From: Planctomycetota bacterium
Lineage (GTDB): Bacteria > Planctomycetota > B15-G4 > JADJEK01
Reading direction: 5' to 3'
DNA length: 64,000 nt
Assembly: GCA_044225365.1 (NCBI GenBank)
Contig: JBGAIQ010000008.1
Coordinates: 32,001 to 96,000 of the forward strand
Part shown: piece by piece, positions 17,641 to 27,345 of the stretch
How positions within the stretch are numbered: the first letter of the stretch is position 1
Layout: each line of letters begins with the position of its first letter
Notes under the pieces: model-generated
Seen by the model: only the letters and a program-made list of their open reading frames with translations
The model's database searches: none
What the model was told of the DNA's origin: nothing
Program-made: the position numbers and the translations under genes

Positions 17641-18458
17641 CCTCGATCGGTCCTTTCCAACTCGATGCCCAGCAGCTTCAAGATCTCTTTCAGGCCCTGG
17701 CGAAACACTTCACCGCGTTCGGCCGTCGCCACCGCGACGAGCGACTTGCGATGCTCCGCGGTGAAGACATCCGCCCGAGCAAGGGCGAGCGCCTTCAATT
17801 CGGTCAGCGCGTTCCAGCGAACGAATTCCGACTTGTCCTTCAGGTTCGTGAGCAGCAGGTCTCGGATCTTCGTGACCCGCTCCGACTCGTCAAGGATCCG
17901 GTCGAGCGCGGCGAACGCCGTCAGGACCTGTCGCTTGGCCAGGAAGTCGCGATCTCCGGAGGCGATGCGCTCGATAGCAACGTAGCGGCTCCCGTCGCGG
18001 AAGCTCTTCAGAAACAGGATGTAGTCCGATCCCGCGAGGAACTCCCCGTGCCCCGCGAGCACCACGATCTCCTCGTCGTCGGCGAGCGCGGCCTTGGTAT
18101 CGGTCGGCGGCGGGAGGATCATCAAGGTCCGCTTGAATCGCGCGACGACCGTCGCGTTCGGCAACTCGAAGAGCGAGACCGGCGTCGCCTCGACGATGCG
18201 CTCGGCATTCGCGAGCGGACGCAGATCTCCGAACGACGAGAACTCGAACCGCGGTGGCTTGCTCCCAACGCCTGCAGCGGGCGCTGGGACGGGCGGATCG
18301 CTCGCCGGTTCGACGGACGGTGACGGCGCGGCCTCGGGAGTCGCTTCGTCCTCTTGTTTCGTGTGGGTCTTGGATCGCTCGTCGCGCGGTGGCGTGGACG
18401 CACAAGCGGCGAAGGCGTGCGCCACGACGACGAAGGAGATGAATCGGAGCACGGTCAT
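17637..18458 (-). CDS. Hypothetical lipoprotein with a C-terminal HEAT-like helical repeat
   Basis: Lipobox FAAC, Pro-rich linker, LKDKSEFVRWNAL; ATGA overlap with the TolC gene. Confidence 0.75.
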   Translation of the reverse strand: MTVLRFISFVVVAHAFAACASTPPRDERSKTHTKQEDEATPEAAPSPSVEPASDPPVPAPAAGVGSKPPRFEFSSFGDLRPLANAERIVEATPVSLFELPNATVVARFKRTLMILPPPTDTKAALADDEEIVVLAGHGEFLAGSDYILFLKSFRDGSRYVAIERIASGDRDFLAKRQVLTAFAALDRILDESERVTKIRDLLLTNLKDKSEFVRWNALTELKALALARADVFTAEHRKSLVAVATAERGEVFRQGLKEILKLLGIELERTDRG

Positions 18459-18563
18459 TCCGTCGCCGATTCTACGTCGGGGTCCGGCTTTGCGAAGTGA
18501 AACCCGAATTCTCGAACTCTCGAACGAATGAACGATTGAGTTCGGGGCGCAGCGATCCACGAA

Positions 18564-20321
18564 TCAGTGATTGCGCCACTCGACGGACAACGTGAGCACG
18601 GCGAGCGCCGTCGTGTAGACGTCTCCTCCGCCCTCCTGGATCCAGTCGAAGCGATACCCGTCGGTCGAATAGTGACCGTCGTTGTGACGCGAGGGCACGA
18701 GCACTTCCGAGGTCGCCTTCTGCCAGCGCGTCCATGCCTCGCCGCCGCGAGCCCGCAGGTCGGACGCGGCGAAGAAGATCTTCGTCGGCTCCCGATACTC
18801 CGGCCGCTTCAAATGGTCGATGAGGACGCTCGGAGTCGCCGGCTCCACGCTTCCTCGCGCCTTCCCGAACTGCGATTCGAGCGCTGTCGCCGCCGCCTGC
18901 GGACCGACCATCGCTACGGCCGTGATCCCACGCCGCGTCTGCGACGGATCGGCGAGCGCCACCAGGAAGCCACGGGCACGCTGCGCTTCCTCCGCGAGAT
19001 CGAATACGGGCCGCACGCCCGCCGCGCGCGCGGTCTCGAATGCGAACGCGACCCACGGCGCGGTCGTCGCATCGGCCGCCTGGACCGTTCCGGGTTCGCG
19101 CTTCTTCGAGAGATCGGAGAGGCGCAGCAGGGCTTCGCGGAGCAGGACGTCGTCGGCGTGATCGTTCTCGACGAGCGCGTGCTCGGCGAGCGCCGCGGTG
19201 GCGAGTGCGTGGTTGAACAGCGTGTATTCGAAATCGCGCTCGCCGCGACCGGAGACTCGACCGAGCGTCGAATCGCGGGCGACCGACTTGCGCAGATACT
19301 CGACCGCTCGTCCCACGACGAACCGGTATTCACTTCCCGGGATGCTGCGCGGATTGGACAAGAGGCTCAACGTGACGAGGCCGGTGGTACCGACTCGCAC
19401 GGCCGCGTCGCCGCCGTTGCGCGAGGGATCGAAACTCCCGTCGTCCTCCTGCGCCTCTTTGAGCCAGCGCAGAGTCGAAAGGATCTCCTTGTCACGACCG
19501 TCGGGCGCCGCGAATCGATCCTTCATGAGGAAGCGCGACAACTGGAAACGGTTCTCCGCCGCGACGGCGTCGCGCAGACTCTCGCTCTCCCCCGCGCCGG
19601 GATCGCGATCGCGATTCACAGCGAGCCCACCCTCGGCGCCGCGCCCTTGGGATCCGCCGGGTCCTTGCGGCGAGATCACGTCGGGAACTTCCGGAGCTTT
19701 CGCGCGGGGCCCGACGAGCAAGTTGCTCCCATCGGGCGATTCCACCACGTGGTGGCTCGGTGAGTTCGCGACCTCGACGGGAACCGTCGGATCGTCGCGA
19801 CGCGATTTCGGTTCGTCCTTCACGCCCTCGGGCGGCAAGGGCAGCGTACCGGGAGTGGTCGGCGCGCTCGTGCCGCGGCGACTCGACAGGACTCCGAACA
19901 TCGCGATGGCGAGCAGGATGGCCGCCGCGGCCGCGACCTTCAGCGTCGTGGAGTTCTGGAAGCGGTAGCCGATCCAGACGAGTTCCGCCTCGATGCGTTC
20001 ACGCCAACTGAACCGCAGGTAGCGCTCGGAATCGACGACATCGCCCTGCGCGATCTCGACCTCGAACCGGCGCGCGAGCTTGTCCTTGAACGAGGACGAC
20101 GTCGGCGGGACTCTCGCCGCGCGAAGCAGATCGACGACGTAGACGTTTCCCTTGGATTCGAGGGCGCAGCGCGAGCAACGCTCGACGTGACGACGACACG
20201 CCGCGACTTCCTCCGCGGACGCCTTGCCGAGGAGAGCATGCACGGCGAGCGATCGGAACTCCGCGCAGTTGCCCAAATTCATCGGGTTCATCGGGCTCGA
20301 TGGAGGATTCTTGGAGCTCAT
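18564..20321 (-). CDS. Putative zinc-binding anti-sigma factor with a TM helix and a prenyltransferase/squalene-cyclase-like barrel
   Basis: HVERCSRC (HxxxCxxC), TM VAAAAAILLAIAMFGVL, LRWLKEAQEDDGSF (QxxDGS), GGDVYTTALAVLTL; ATGA overlap with the ECF sigma. Confidence 0.8.
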   Translation of the reverse strand: MSSKNPPSSPMNPMNLGNCAEFRSLAVHALLGKASAEEVAACRRHVERCSRCALESKGNVYVVDLLRAARVPPTSSSFKDKLARRFEVEIAQGDVVDSERYLRFSWRERIEAELVWIGYRFQNSTTLKVAAAAAILLAIAMFGVLSSRRGTSAPTTPGTLPLPPEGVKDEPKSRRDDPTVPVEVANSPSHHVVESPDGSNLLVGPRAKAPEVPDVISPQGPGGSQGRGAEGGLAVNRDRDPGAGESESLRDAVAAENRFQLSRFLMKDRFAAPDGRDKEILSTLRWLKEAQEDDGSFDPSRNGGDAAVRVGTTGLVTLSLLSNPRSIPGSEYRFVVGRAVEYLRKSVARDSTLGRVSGRGERDFEYTLFNHALATAALAEHALVENDHADDVLLREALLRLSDLSKKREPGTVQAADATTAPWVAFAFETARAAGVRPVFDLAEEAQRARGFLVALADPSQTRRGITAVAMVGPQAAATALESQFGKARGSVEPATPSVLIDHLKRPEYREPTKIFFAASDLRARGGEAWTRWQKATSEVLVPSRHNDGHYSTDGYRFDWIQEGGGDVYTTALAVLTLSVEWRNH

Positions 20322-20914
20322 TCGGTCTTCGCTTCCGGCACACCCATTCGATCGCGCAGATGCTGCACCGCGGCATGGACCCGCGATTTCACCGTGCCGA
20401 CCGGAATGCCCATGATCTTCGAGATCTCCTCGTAACGCAGACCCTGCCTCACCGCGAGTTCGAGCACGGTCTGTTGACCTTCGGACAACTTCGAGAGCGC
20501 GAGCTTCAGTTTACGCTCGTCCTCGCCCTGAATCGCTACCTCCTGCGGAGATCGATCGTCCGAGGACAGATCGGCCAGCGGCGACGCGATCTTGGAGTCC
20601 GATTCCTCCGCGCCGAGGGGATCGAGCGACAGCTCCTGCGGACGCGACTTGCGCCCGCGGTACACGTCGATCCAGTAGTTGCGCGCGATCCGGAACACGA
20701 AGGTCGCTGCCGAAGCATCCGGGGAGTAATGTTCTCGCGCCCGATAGATCCGCAGGAACACTTCCTGCGCGCAATCCTCCGCGAGCTCTCTCTGCCCGCA
20801 CATGGAGTAGAAGAAGCCGATCAAGCGGCGCTCGAAACTGTCGACCAGCTCGGCGAAGGCGGCGGTATCGCCCACCTTCAAACGGAGCAGGATGTCGACA
20901 TCTCGATCGCTCAT
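20318..20914 (-). CDS. ECF-type RNA polymerase sigma-70 factor
   Basis: GDTAAFAELV, AEDCAQEVFLRIY, FRIARNYWID, GLRYEEISKIMGIPVGTVKSRVH. Confidence 0.95.
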   Translation of the reverse strand: MSDRDVDILLRLKVGDTAAFAELVDSFERRLIGFFYSMCGQRELAEDCAQEVFLRIYRAREHYSPDASAATFVFRIARNYWIDVYRGRKSRPQELSLDPLGAEESDSKIASPLADLSSDDRSPQEVAIQGEDERKLKLALSKLSEGQQTVLELAVRQGLRYEEISKIMGIPVGTVKSRVHAAVQHLRDRMGVPEAKTE

Positions 20915-20957
20915 ACCCGCCCGGCTCCTGCCTCACCTGGCGCGATGCGACGCGGAC

Positions 20958-20982
20958 AACGCACGACCTCGCCCGCGGTTCG
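20958..20982 (-). promoter_or_regulatory. Possible ECF-type (autoregulatory) promoter
   Basis: Minus strand CGAACC-N15-CGTT, about 44 nt upstream of the sigma ATG. Confidence 0.35.
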
Positions 20983-21019
20983 ATCGGACTTCGAAATCAC
21001 CTCGCGATCGCAAAGCGCG

Positions 21020-21610
21020 TCACGGCGAACTCGCGAGCTGCCGCACCATCGAATCGAGATCCTCTCGGGTCGCGATCCCGTAGGGCGTCTCCCAGAACGA
21101 CCCGGAGGTCAGTTGGTCCCGAGTCGGCAGATCGAGCGGAGTCCCACCCTCCTTCAATTCGTCCGAGATCAGCTTGGAACCACGACTTGCGCCGGCTGTC
21201 GGCTCGAACTTCCAGTCCATCTCGACGATTGCGCGGCGCTTCCGATTGCGCTGCTGCTCGGCATTGAAGACGACGGTCTCGAGAAACGCCTCGTCCCGCA
21301 CGTCGGTGAAACGCACCCGCAGGACTCCTCCCGTCGGGACTTCGCCCTCGGCGGCGATCTTGAAGCGTCGGGTCCTCTCGAGGAGTTGTTCGACGTAGAG
21401 CCGCGTCGGGTACGACCACTCGGCGACCGCGGCGCTAGGACTCGCGTTCTCGACCGGCTCGACGCGGATGCTGACGCGCTGATCCGGCGGAAGCGGCGCG
21501 AGCGGGGGCGGGAAGTCGGGGTCTGGCTGGATCGAGCACGCCCCGGATCCGATCGAAACGGCGATCCAGGCGGCGAACGTCACGAAACGGATGGGCGAGA
21601 TCGAGTGCAT
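21020..21610 (-). CDS. Hypothetical lipoprotein (possibly LptE/CsgG-like fold)
   Basis: Lipobox SGAC, Pro-rich tether, VSIRVEPVEN..LLERTRRFKI pattern. Confidence 0.65.
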   Translation of the reverse strand: MHSISPIRFVTFAAWIAVSIGSGACSIQPDPDFPPPLAPLPPDQRVSIRVEPVENASPSAAVAEWSYPTRLYVEQLLERTRRFKIAAEGEVPTGGVLRVRFTDVRDEAFLETVVFNAEQQRNRKRRAIVEMDWKFEPTAGASRGSKLISDELKEGGTPLDLPTRDQLTSGSFWETPYGIATREDLDSMVRQLASSP

Positions 21611-21628
21611 GGCGTCAGGATGACGACT

Positions 21629-22090
21629 TCATCCGGGGAAAAGAAGCGCAAACCCAAGATCGGCGGCGGACCCAGAGAGCGTCAGAGTGCGCGATTCCTC
21701 ACCGGTCACCGCGATGTCGATCGCGAGCGCCGCGGACGCGAGCACCGCGGGATAGCGGTCGGCCCATTCGACGATCGCGACGTGACGCGCCGAGAGTTGC
21801 TCTTCGAGTCCATCGCGAGCGAACTCGTCGGCATCGCGAACGAAGTACGCGTCGTAGTGATCGAGCACGAGGCGACCGCCCTCGTAGCGATGGTGGATCG
21901 TGAAGCTCGGACTGCGCACCTGCCGCGCTGGGATCCCGAGGCCGCGCGCGAGACCGCGCACGAAGCAGGTCTTGCCGGCGCCGAGCGGACCGCGGAGCAG
22001 GATCAGTTCGCCGCCGCGCAGCATCGCTCCGAGCTTCGACGCGAAATCCTCGGTCGCCGCGGCCGATCTGGATTCGAACGTCCACGTCAC
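21629..22090 (-). CDS. tsaE: tRNA threonylcarbamoyladenosine biosynthesis ATPase
   Basis: [34 protein letters not shown]. Confidence 0.95.
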   Translation of the reverse strand: MTWTFESRSAAATEDFASKLGAMLRGGELILLRGPLGAGKTCFVRGLARGLGIPARQVRSPSFTIHHRYEGGRLVLDHYDAYFVRDADEFARDGLEEQLSARHVAIVEWADRYPAVLASAALAIDIAVTGEESRTLTLSGSAADLGFALLFPG

Positions 22091-23070
22091 GACCGCGTTC
22101 CCTCCGGCCCCGAATCGAAGCGATGGACGAAGCCGCCGCGTGGAAGCTCGCGAATCTCCGATCCCCCGCCGTCGGTCGCGCGGCGAACGAGCGTCACTCC
22201 GCCCGATCGTTCGTTCACCTCACCGATTCGCACGAGACGATCGCGCAGTTCGGGCTCGAGCATCGCCCGCGCGTGCGCTCCTTGCGAGAGCGCGACGAGC
22301 AGTTCGTAGTCCTCGCCGTCGTTGAGGGCGTGATCGAGACAGGAGCGTCCGTCGCGCGAGGCGAGAGCGACCGCATCCGGCGTGATCGGAATCTTGTCGG
22401 CGTCGATCCGTGCGCCCACGAAGCTCGCGTCGCAGAGGTGATGCAGGTCCTTGCCGAGGCCATCGGAGAGATCGATCATCGCGGAAGCGCCGGCGCGCGC
22501 GAGGGCGATGCCTTCGTCGATGCGCGGTTCGAACTCGTGGTGATGCGACAGGATCGATCCGCCGAGCGCACCGGTCACGTAGAGGCCATCGCCAGGCCTC
22601 GCGCCGCTGCGCCGTACGCCGCCCGGCGTAACGGGTCGCCCGATCAAGGTGAACCCGATCACGAGACCCTGCGGGCTCTTCTTCGTGTCGCCTCCCGCGA
22701 GCGGACACGCGTAGCGCCTCGCCACTTCGAAGATCCCGTCGAGCAAGCGCTCCGCGTCGCTCCGCGAGAATCCGTTGGGCAACGCCACGACGAGGAACGC
22801 CGCAATCGGCGAAGCCGCCATCGCCGCGAGGTCGGAGAGGTTCTTCTTCAGCGCCTTCTTCCCTGCCTTGGCATAGCCGCATTCCGAAACGACGAAGTCG
22901 ATGCCGTCGAGCAGGAGGTCGGTCGTGACGACGATCTCGTCGGCGCCCCTCATGTCGAGGACCGCTGCATCGTCGCCGATCCCGAGCGCGATCTTCGAGC
23001 CCGCGTTCGCACTCGATCCGCGCCCGAGCAACGCGATGAACTCCGCTTCGGTGAAAGGCGATTCGTGCAT
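22087..23070 (-). CDS. thiL: Thiamine-monophosphate kinase
   Basis: [41 protein letters not shown]. Confidence 0.95.
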   Translation of the reverse strand: MHESPFTEAEFIALLGRGSSANAGSKIALGIGDDAAVLDMRGADEIVVTTDLLLDGIDFVVSECGYAKAGKKALKKNLSDLAAMAASPIAAFLVVALPNGFSRSDAERLLDGIFEVARRYACPLAGGDTKKSPQGLVIGFTLIGRPVTPGGVRRSGARPGDGLYVTGALGGSILSHHHEFEPRIDEGIALARAGASAMIDLSDGLGKDLHHLCDASFVGARIDADKIPITPDAVALASRDGRSCLDHALNDGEDYELLVALSQGAHARAMLEPELRDRLVRIGEVNERSGGVTLVRRATDGGGSEIRELPRGGFVHRFDSGPEGTRS

Positions 23071-23127
23071 ATCGAAGAGACTAGCGGATGCGATCGTCCT
23101 GAAGGAGGGAGCGGGTGTCGCGAGGCA

Positions 23128-24441
23128 TCAAGCTTCTGCCCGCTTCTTGAACAACTCGATCGCGACCGCGAGGTCCCAGGACTCGACCTCGCGCACCGAG
23201 CGGCCTGAGCTCGTCACCTGCCCGCGCAAGCGGTCGGCGCAGGTGCTCGCGCCGAGCGTGAGGATCGACAAGACATCGCCCGCGGTGAAGCCCTGTGGCC
23301 GAAGGTCCGTGAGGACACGAAGCGTGGCCTCGATCGCGGCGAGCCCGATGTGGACGCGATGGCGATTGCCGATGGCGTCGCGTGCTGCGAACGCGATCCG
23401 GCGCGATTCCTCGAGCGTGGTCGGCGGGACCTCGAGGACCTGGAATCGGCTCGCGAGCCCGGGTTCCTGGGTGCGGAAATCGTTCCACGCGTCCGGAGTG
23501 GCGGTCGTGATGCACCGCAGGTCTTCGGCGTCGAGCGTCGCGCGCAATGCGTCGACGTACGAGAGGGGAGATCCCATCCCGTCGGGATCGCCGAGCAGGC
23601 GCACGTCCTCGAGGACGAGGACCACCTTCCGCGCCCGACGCAGTTCTGCGAGGATCGTCGCGAACACACGCGCCCCGAGGGGGCCCGCTTTGTAATACGC
23701 CTGGATCCTCCCGAGCTCGATCTTCACGAGGCGCGCGTCGAAGAGCCCCGGCATCGAAGCCTTGCCCACCCATTCGCCCAGCATCTCGATGAGAGTCGTC
23801 TTGCCGACTCCGGGGTGACCGACGAGCGCGACGTTCGGATGATGCCGCCGCGAGAGCAAGATCGTGAGTCGCTCGAGCAGCTCGAATCGCCCGACTCGTT
23901 CCCATGTCCCCTCGGTGTGCCGCACGTCCGACAGATCCACGAGCCAGTCGCGCGATTCCCGCCGCGTGATGAAGCTACTGAGTCGCTCCACCGGGGGCGG
24001 GCTGCTCTCGATGCGGGCCGCAAGAGCGATGGGGATCGACGAAACGTCGAGGCCGGTGCGGTTCAGGAGGGCGAGCGCCGTCGACTCCGGGACTTCGAGG
24101 ATGCCCTTCAAGAGATGAAGGGTGCCGATGGAAAGGGTCCCGATGGAATCCTGTCGCAAGGAACTCGCCGACTCGAGCGCGATATCGAGCGCACGCATCG
24201 CTGCATGGTTGAGGCCCTTCACCGTGTCTCTCTTCGGCTCCTCCCGCCGTGGGAGCAACGAGCGAAGGAGATCGTGATCGATTCCCGCCGCCAGCAGGAG
24301 CTCCGCGCCCTCGCTCCCGACGGAGCGAGTGATCCCGAGCAGGATGTGCACGGAATCGACGAAGTCGTGCCCGAGGTCGTTCGCCTCGTGCCGCGCGTAG
24401 AACATCACCTTGCGGGCTTCGTCGGTGAACCGATCGAACAT
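23128..24441 (-). CDS. Clp-N domain + single degenerate AAA+ module (truncated ClpC-like)
   Basis: MFDRFTDEAR..HILLGI (Clp-N), Walker A GHPGVGKTT, altered Walker B LVLED, ASRFQ; no second AAA domain. Confidence 0.8.
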   Translation of the reverse strand: MFDRFTDEARKVMFYARHEANDLGHDFVDSVHILLGITRSVGSEGAELLLAAGIDHDLLRSLLPRREEPKRDTVKGLNHAAMRALDIALESASSLRQDSIGTLSIGTLHLLKGILEVPESTALALLNRTGLDVSSIPIALAARIESSPPPVERLSSFITRRESRDWLVDLSDVRHTEGTWERVGRFELLERLTILLSRRHHPNVALVGHPGVGKTTLIEMLGEWVGKASMPGLFDARLVKIELGRIQAYYKAGPLGARVFATILAELRRARKVVLVLEDVRLLGDPDGMGSPLSYVDALRATLDAEDLRCITTATPDAWNDFRTQEPGLASRFQVLEVPPTTLEESRRIAFAARDAIGNRHRVHIGLAAIEATLRVLTDLRPQGFTAGDVLSILTLGASTCADRLRGQVTSSGRSVREVESWDLAVAIELFKKRAEA

Positions 24442-24487
24442 GTCTCGAACCTAAACCCCCGCTCGCTCCCGCTCGTTTCGGGCGCGG

Positions 24488-24496
24488 ATTCTATCA
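24488..24496 (-). promoter_or_regulatory. Possible extended -10 element (TGnTAGAAT) for the Clp-like gene
   Basis: Minus strand TGATAGAAT overlapping the thiE-like stop codon, about 47 nt upstream of ATG 24441. Confidence 0.35.
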
Positions 24497-25132
24497 CGAT
24501 CCTCGTTGGCGCTGCTGAAGAGCCGCGAGGACCTCCACCCGGATGGCGGCGATGTCCGTGATCGCGCGCCGCACGGCCACGCCGTCCGCGCCCGCCGCGA
24601 TCGCCGCCGCGGCATTCGTCGCATCGATGCCGCCGAGCGCGACGACCGGGCACGCGAGGCTCGCGCGCACCTCGCGGAAGCGCTGCGCACCGAGAGGCGG
24701 CAACGGCCACTGATCCTTGGGAGTCGTCGCGAATGGGGAGAGCGTCACGTAGTCGGCGTGCGCGATCGCGTCGTGGTCGCGCGGGTCGCTCGTATCGTGC
24801 GCGGAGAAACCGAGGAGCAGTCGATGCCCGCAGCGCGCTCGCACGCTCTCGATGCGCTCGTCGCGAAATCCGAGATGCACGGCGTCGGCGCGGCACGCGA
24901 TCGCGAGCTCGACGTCCCCCGCCACGATGAGTCCCGCGCCGTGATGATCGCAGAGTTTGCGAAGCGTCTCCGCGGCGACTCGGCGCTCTGAATCGGAACG
25001 CTGACGCTCGCGTAGCCATACCGCGGTCGCACCATGGGAGAGGGCTTGCCGCGCGCTCGTCAGGATCGCATCGAGGACGCCGCTCCCCGCTGTCACCACG
25101 ACGCATCGAAGATCGAGCTGGCCTGGAACCAT
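24494..25132 (-). CDS. thiE: Thiamine-phosphate synthase/TenI family protein (divergent active site)
   Basis: VWLRER, AVHLG, GFSAH, DYVTLSP..T.K, VVALGGI, AGADGVAV. Confidence 0.75.
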   Translation of the reverse strand: MVPGQLDLRCVVVTAGSGVLDAILTSARQALSHGATAVWLRERQRSDSERRVAAETLRKLCDHHGAGLIVAGDVELAIACRADAVHLGFRDERIESVRARCGHRLLLGFSAHDTSDPRDHDAIAHADYVTLSPFATTPKDQWPLPPLGAQRFREVRASLACPVVALGGIDATNAAAAIAAGADGVAVRRAITDIAAIRVEVLAALQQRQRGS

Positions 25133-25161
25133 GAGTCGCCTCGCTCGAAAGGAGGAGCCGG

Positions 25162-27345
25162 CTACAGCTCGTGGCCGCCGTGAGGGAACGGATCCTGATC
25201 CGGATCGTGATCGTCTTCGATCCGCGGCGGCTGCTCGAGGTGCGGCTTGCCGTGGCCGTTGATCGTGATCGCGGCACCATCGAGGAAGACGCCGTCGCGC
25301 CCCAAGTCGTTGGAGATCGCCGCGAGGTCGGCCTCGGCTTCGAGCATGATCGCCGTCGGCGACAAGCGCTCGCACGCGATGCCGTGTTGCGCGAGGCTGC
25401 GCAGCACTCGATCCATGATCTCGCGGTTGCGGCCGCGGAGGATCGTGACCTTCCGGGCGGTGACGAAGCGGACGCGACCCGCCCACTCCTTGATCGAGTA
25501 GACGACGTTCTGCGGGATCGCGCCGCGGGCGCTCTCCGACAGTACGCGAAGGATCTCCGCGACGTCGACGCCCTCGGCGACGGCCTTCTCGATCGAGGGC
25601 TCGGTCACCTTGTAACGGTAGACCGAATCGCTCGACACTCGCTCGGCGAAGCGATCGAGTCGCGTGATGAGGTCGTAGGTATCGCCCTTGTCGAGGAAGA
25701 GCAGGATCTCGAAGTCGGGATTGACGATGAGCGGTCGCTCGTTGCCGACGACGTCGTCGGCGGACACCGTCTGCCCGAGCGCACGCGCTCCGAGCGGAGT
25801 GAGCCGCAGGGTAGAGACCGTGTCACCGCAGAATCCGAGATCGACGAGTCCGAGGAGGTAGAGCCGCTCGCGCTGCCACTGCGACAATGAATGCGCGAGA
25901 CCTGCCGCATCGCGCATCACCGCCGTCGGCGCGTATTGGTAGCGATTTTGGAAGGCATCGCGGACGTGATCCTCCTCGAGCGACGCCAGATAGCTGTTGC
26001 GCGCCCGATACGGGATCTCGTTGACGTCGTGCATCTCGCCGACCGTGAGTTCGGCGAGCAGCTTCAAGGCGCGTTCTCGAAGGCGCGGCGCGTGGAAGTT
26101 CTCGCCGTCCTTCAACGGATCCTTGAACGCGAAGTCGAGCAGGACACGCAGCTTCTTCTCGAGGGCCTCGTTCTCCCACATGCGGCCCTTGACGGTGATG
26201 TGGAGCGATCGATCGTCGCGCCGTTGCACCAGGCGCTGCGAGATGCAGAAGTCGTAGATGTACTGGAAGGGGTCGAACCCGTTGAACTCGGCCTTGCGCG
26301 AGAGGATGAATTCGTCGGCGACCTTCTTCGTCACCGTGCGATAGATCTGCCCGTTCAAGGTGAGGCGGATGCGGCTGTGCGCGACGTACGACAGGAAGTT
26401 CGAGATGTCGGAGATCAGGTCGACGCCGCAGGTCTTGATGTCGGAGAGACCCTCGCCGACACACGTCAATCGCTGACGCGCGACGCGAGCGACTTCGTCG
26501 AAGATCACGAGCGTGTCGTCGAAGTGATTGATGCCGTACTCACCGAGCGCGAGGTGGCGCAGCGTCCCTAGGAACGAACCCTCGAACGTCTTCTTGAAGC
26601 GCCGCCGATCCCAGCGCGGAGCCTTGCCGCGGATGCGATCGAAGTTGGTCTTCGAGACGAATCCCCCGGCTTCGGCCACCGCGACCCGCAGCGCTTCCTT
26701 CATCTCGGGATCGAGCGCATCGATGCGCTGCGCGACGGCGGACTCGCACGACAACGCCTCGATCAATGCGTCGAGGTCGGTGGTCGTCTTGCCGTTGACC
26801 CCGGTGGGAAGCGCCGCGCGAGCGGTCGCATGCTCGGACTCGGGCATCCGCCGCAGATAGGTCCCGAGATGGAACAGATCGCGGAGCGGGCATTCCTCGT
26901 CCCAGAGGAAGGTCTGGAGGACCTCGCCGATCTCGTGCGGGATGGCAAAGGCGATCTCGCCGTTGCCGTCGGGTCCGCGCTCGCCGAGTTGGAAGACGAA
27001 GCCGCGCTTCTGCAGCGCGTTGAGAGCGGCCTCGACCTCGTACTGGCTCATGTAGTCGAAGAGCCGCGAGGAGAGCACCTGATCGCGATTCGCCGTGTAG
27101 GCCCGGTCGCGCAGCAGGAACTTCAGGAGGTCGACGAGCTTCTTGCTGAGGAACTTCAGGCGCTTGCGGACCGAGTCTTCCTCGGTCATACGCTGGACGA
27201 GGGCGAGCACGAGCTCGTCGGAGGTCCGCGGCGCCGGGACCTGTCCGTCCCAGAACGAGTAGAACTCCGCGAGGTCCGACCGTGGACGTTCACGCAGCAG
27301 GCGTTCCAGCGACGGAGCGCGTTTTCCTCGCAGGTCGGTGCTCAT
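25162..27345 (-). CDS. XPB-associated protein with a Helicase_C_3/clutch domain (p52/Tfb2-like architecture)
   Basis: LIVNPDFEIL..LDRFAE..YRYKVT..SIEKAVAEG....EILRVL..IPQNVVYSIKEW; N-terminal winged-helix-like segments (LQKRGFVF, LGLVD..LTPLG); ATGA overlap with XPB. Confidence 0.82.
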   Translation of the reverse strand: MSTDLRGKRAPSLERLLRERPRSDLAEFYSFWDGQVPAPRTSDELVLALVQRMTEEDSVRKRLKFLSKKLVDLLKFLLRDRAYTANRDQVLSSRLFDYMSQYEVEAALNALQKRGFVFQLGERGPDGNGEIAFAIPHEIGEVLQTFLWDEECPLRDLFHLGTYLRRMPESEHATARAALPTGVNGKTTTDLDALIEALSCESAVAQRIDALDPEMKEALRVAVAEAGGFVSKTNFDRIRGKAPRWDRRRFKKTFEGSFLGTLRHLALGEYGINHFDDTLVIFDEVARVARQRLTCVGEGLSDIKTCGVDLISDISNFLSYVAHSRIRLTLNGQIYRTVTKKVADEFILSRKAEFNGFDPFQYIYDFCISQRLVQRRDDRSLHITVKGRMWENEALEKKLRVLLDFAFKDPLKDGENFHAPRLRERALKLLAELTVGEMHDVNEIPYRARNSYLASLEEDHVRDAFQNRYQYAPTAVMRDAAGLAHSLSQWQRERLYLLGLVDLGFCGDTVSTLRLTPLGARALGQTVSADDVVGNERPLIVNPDFEILLFLDKGDTYDLITRLDRFAERVSSDSVYRYKVTEPSIEKAVAEGVDVAEILRVLSESARGAIPQNVVYSIKEWAGRVRFVTARKVTILRGRNREIMDRVLRSLAQHGIACERLSPTAIMLEAEADLAAISNDLGRDGVFLDGAAITINGHGKPHLEQPPRIEDDHDPDQDPFPHGGHEL

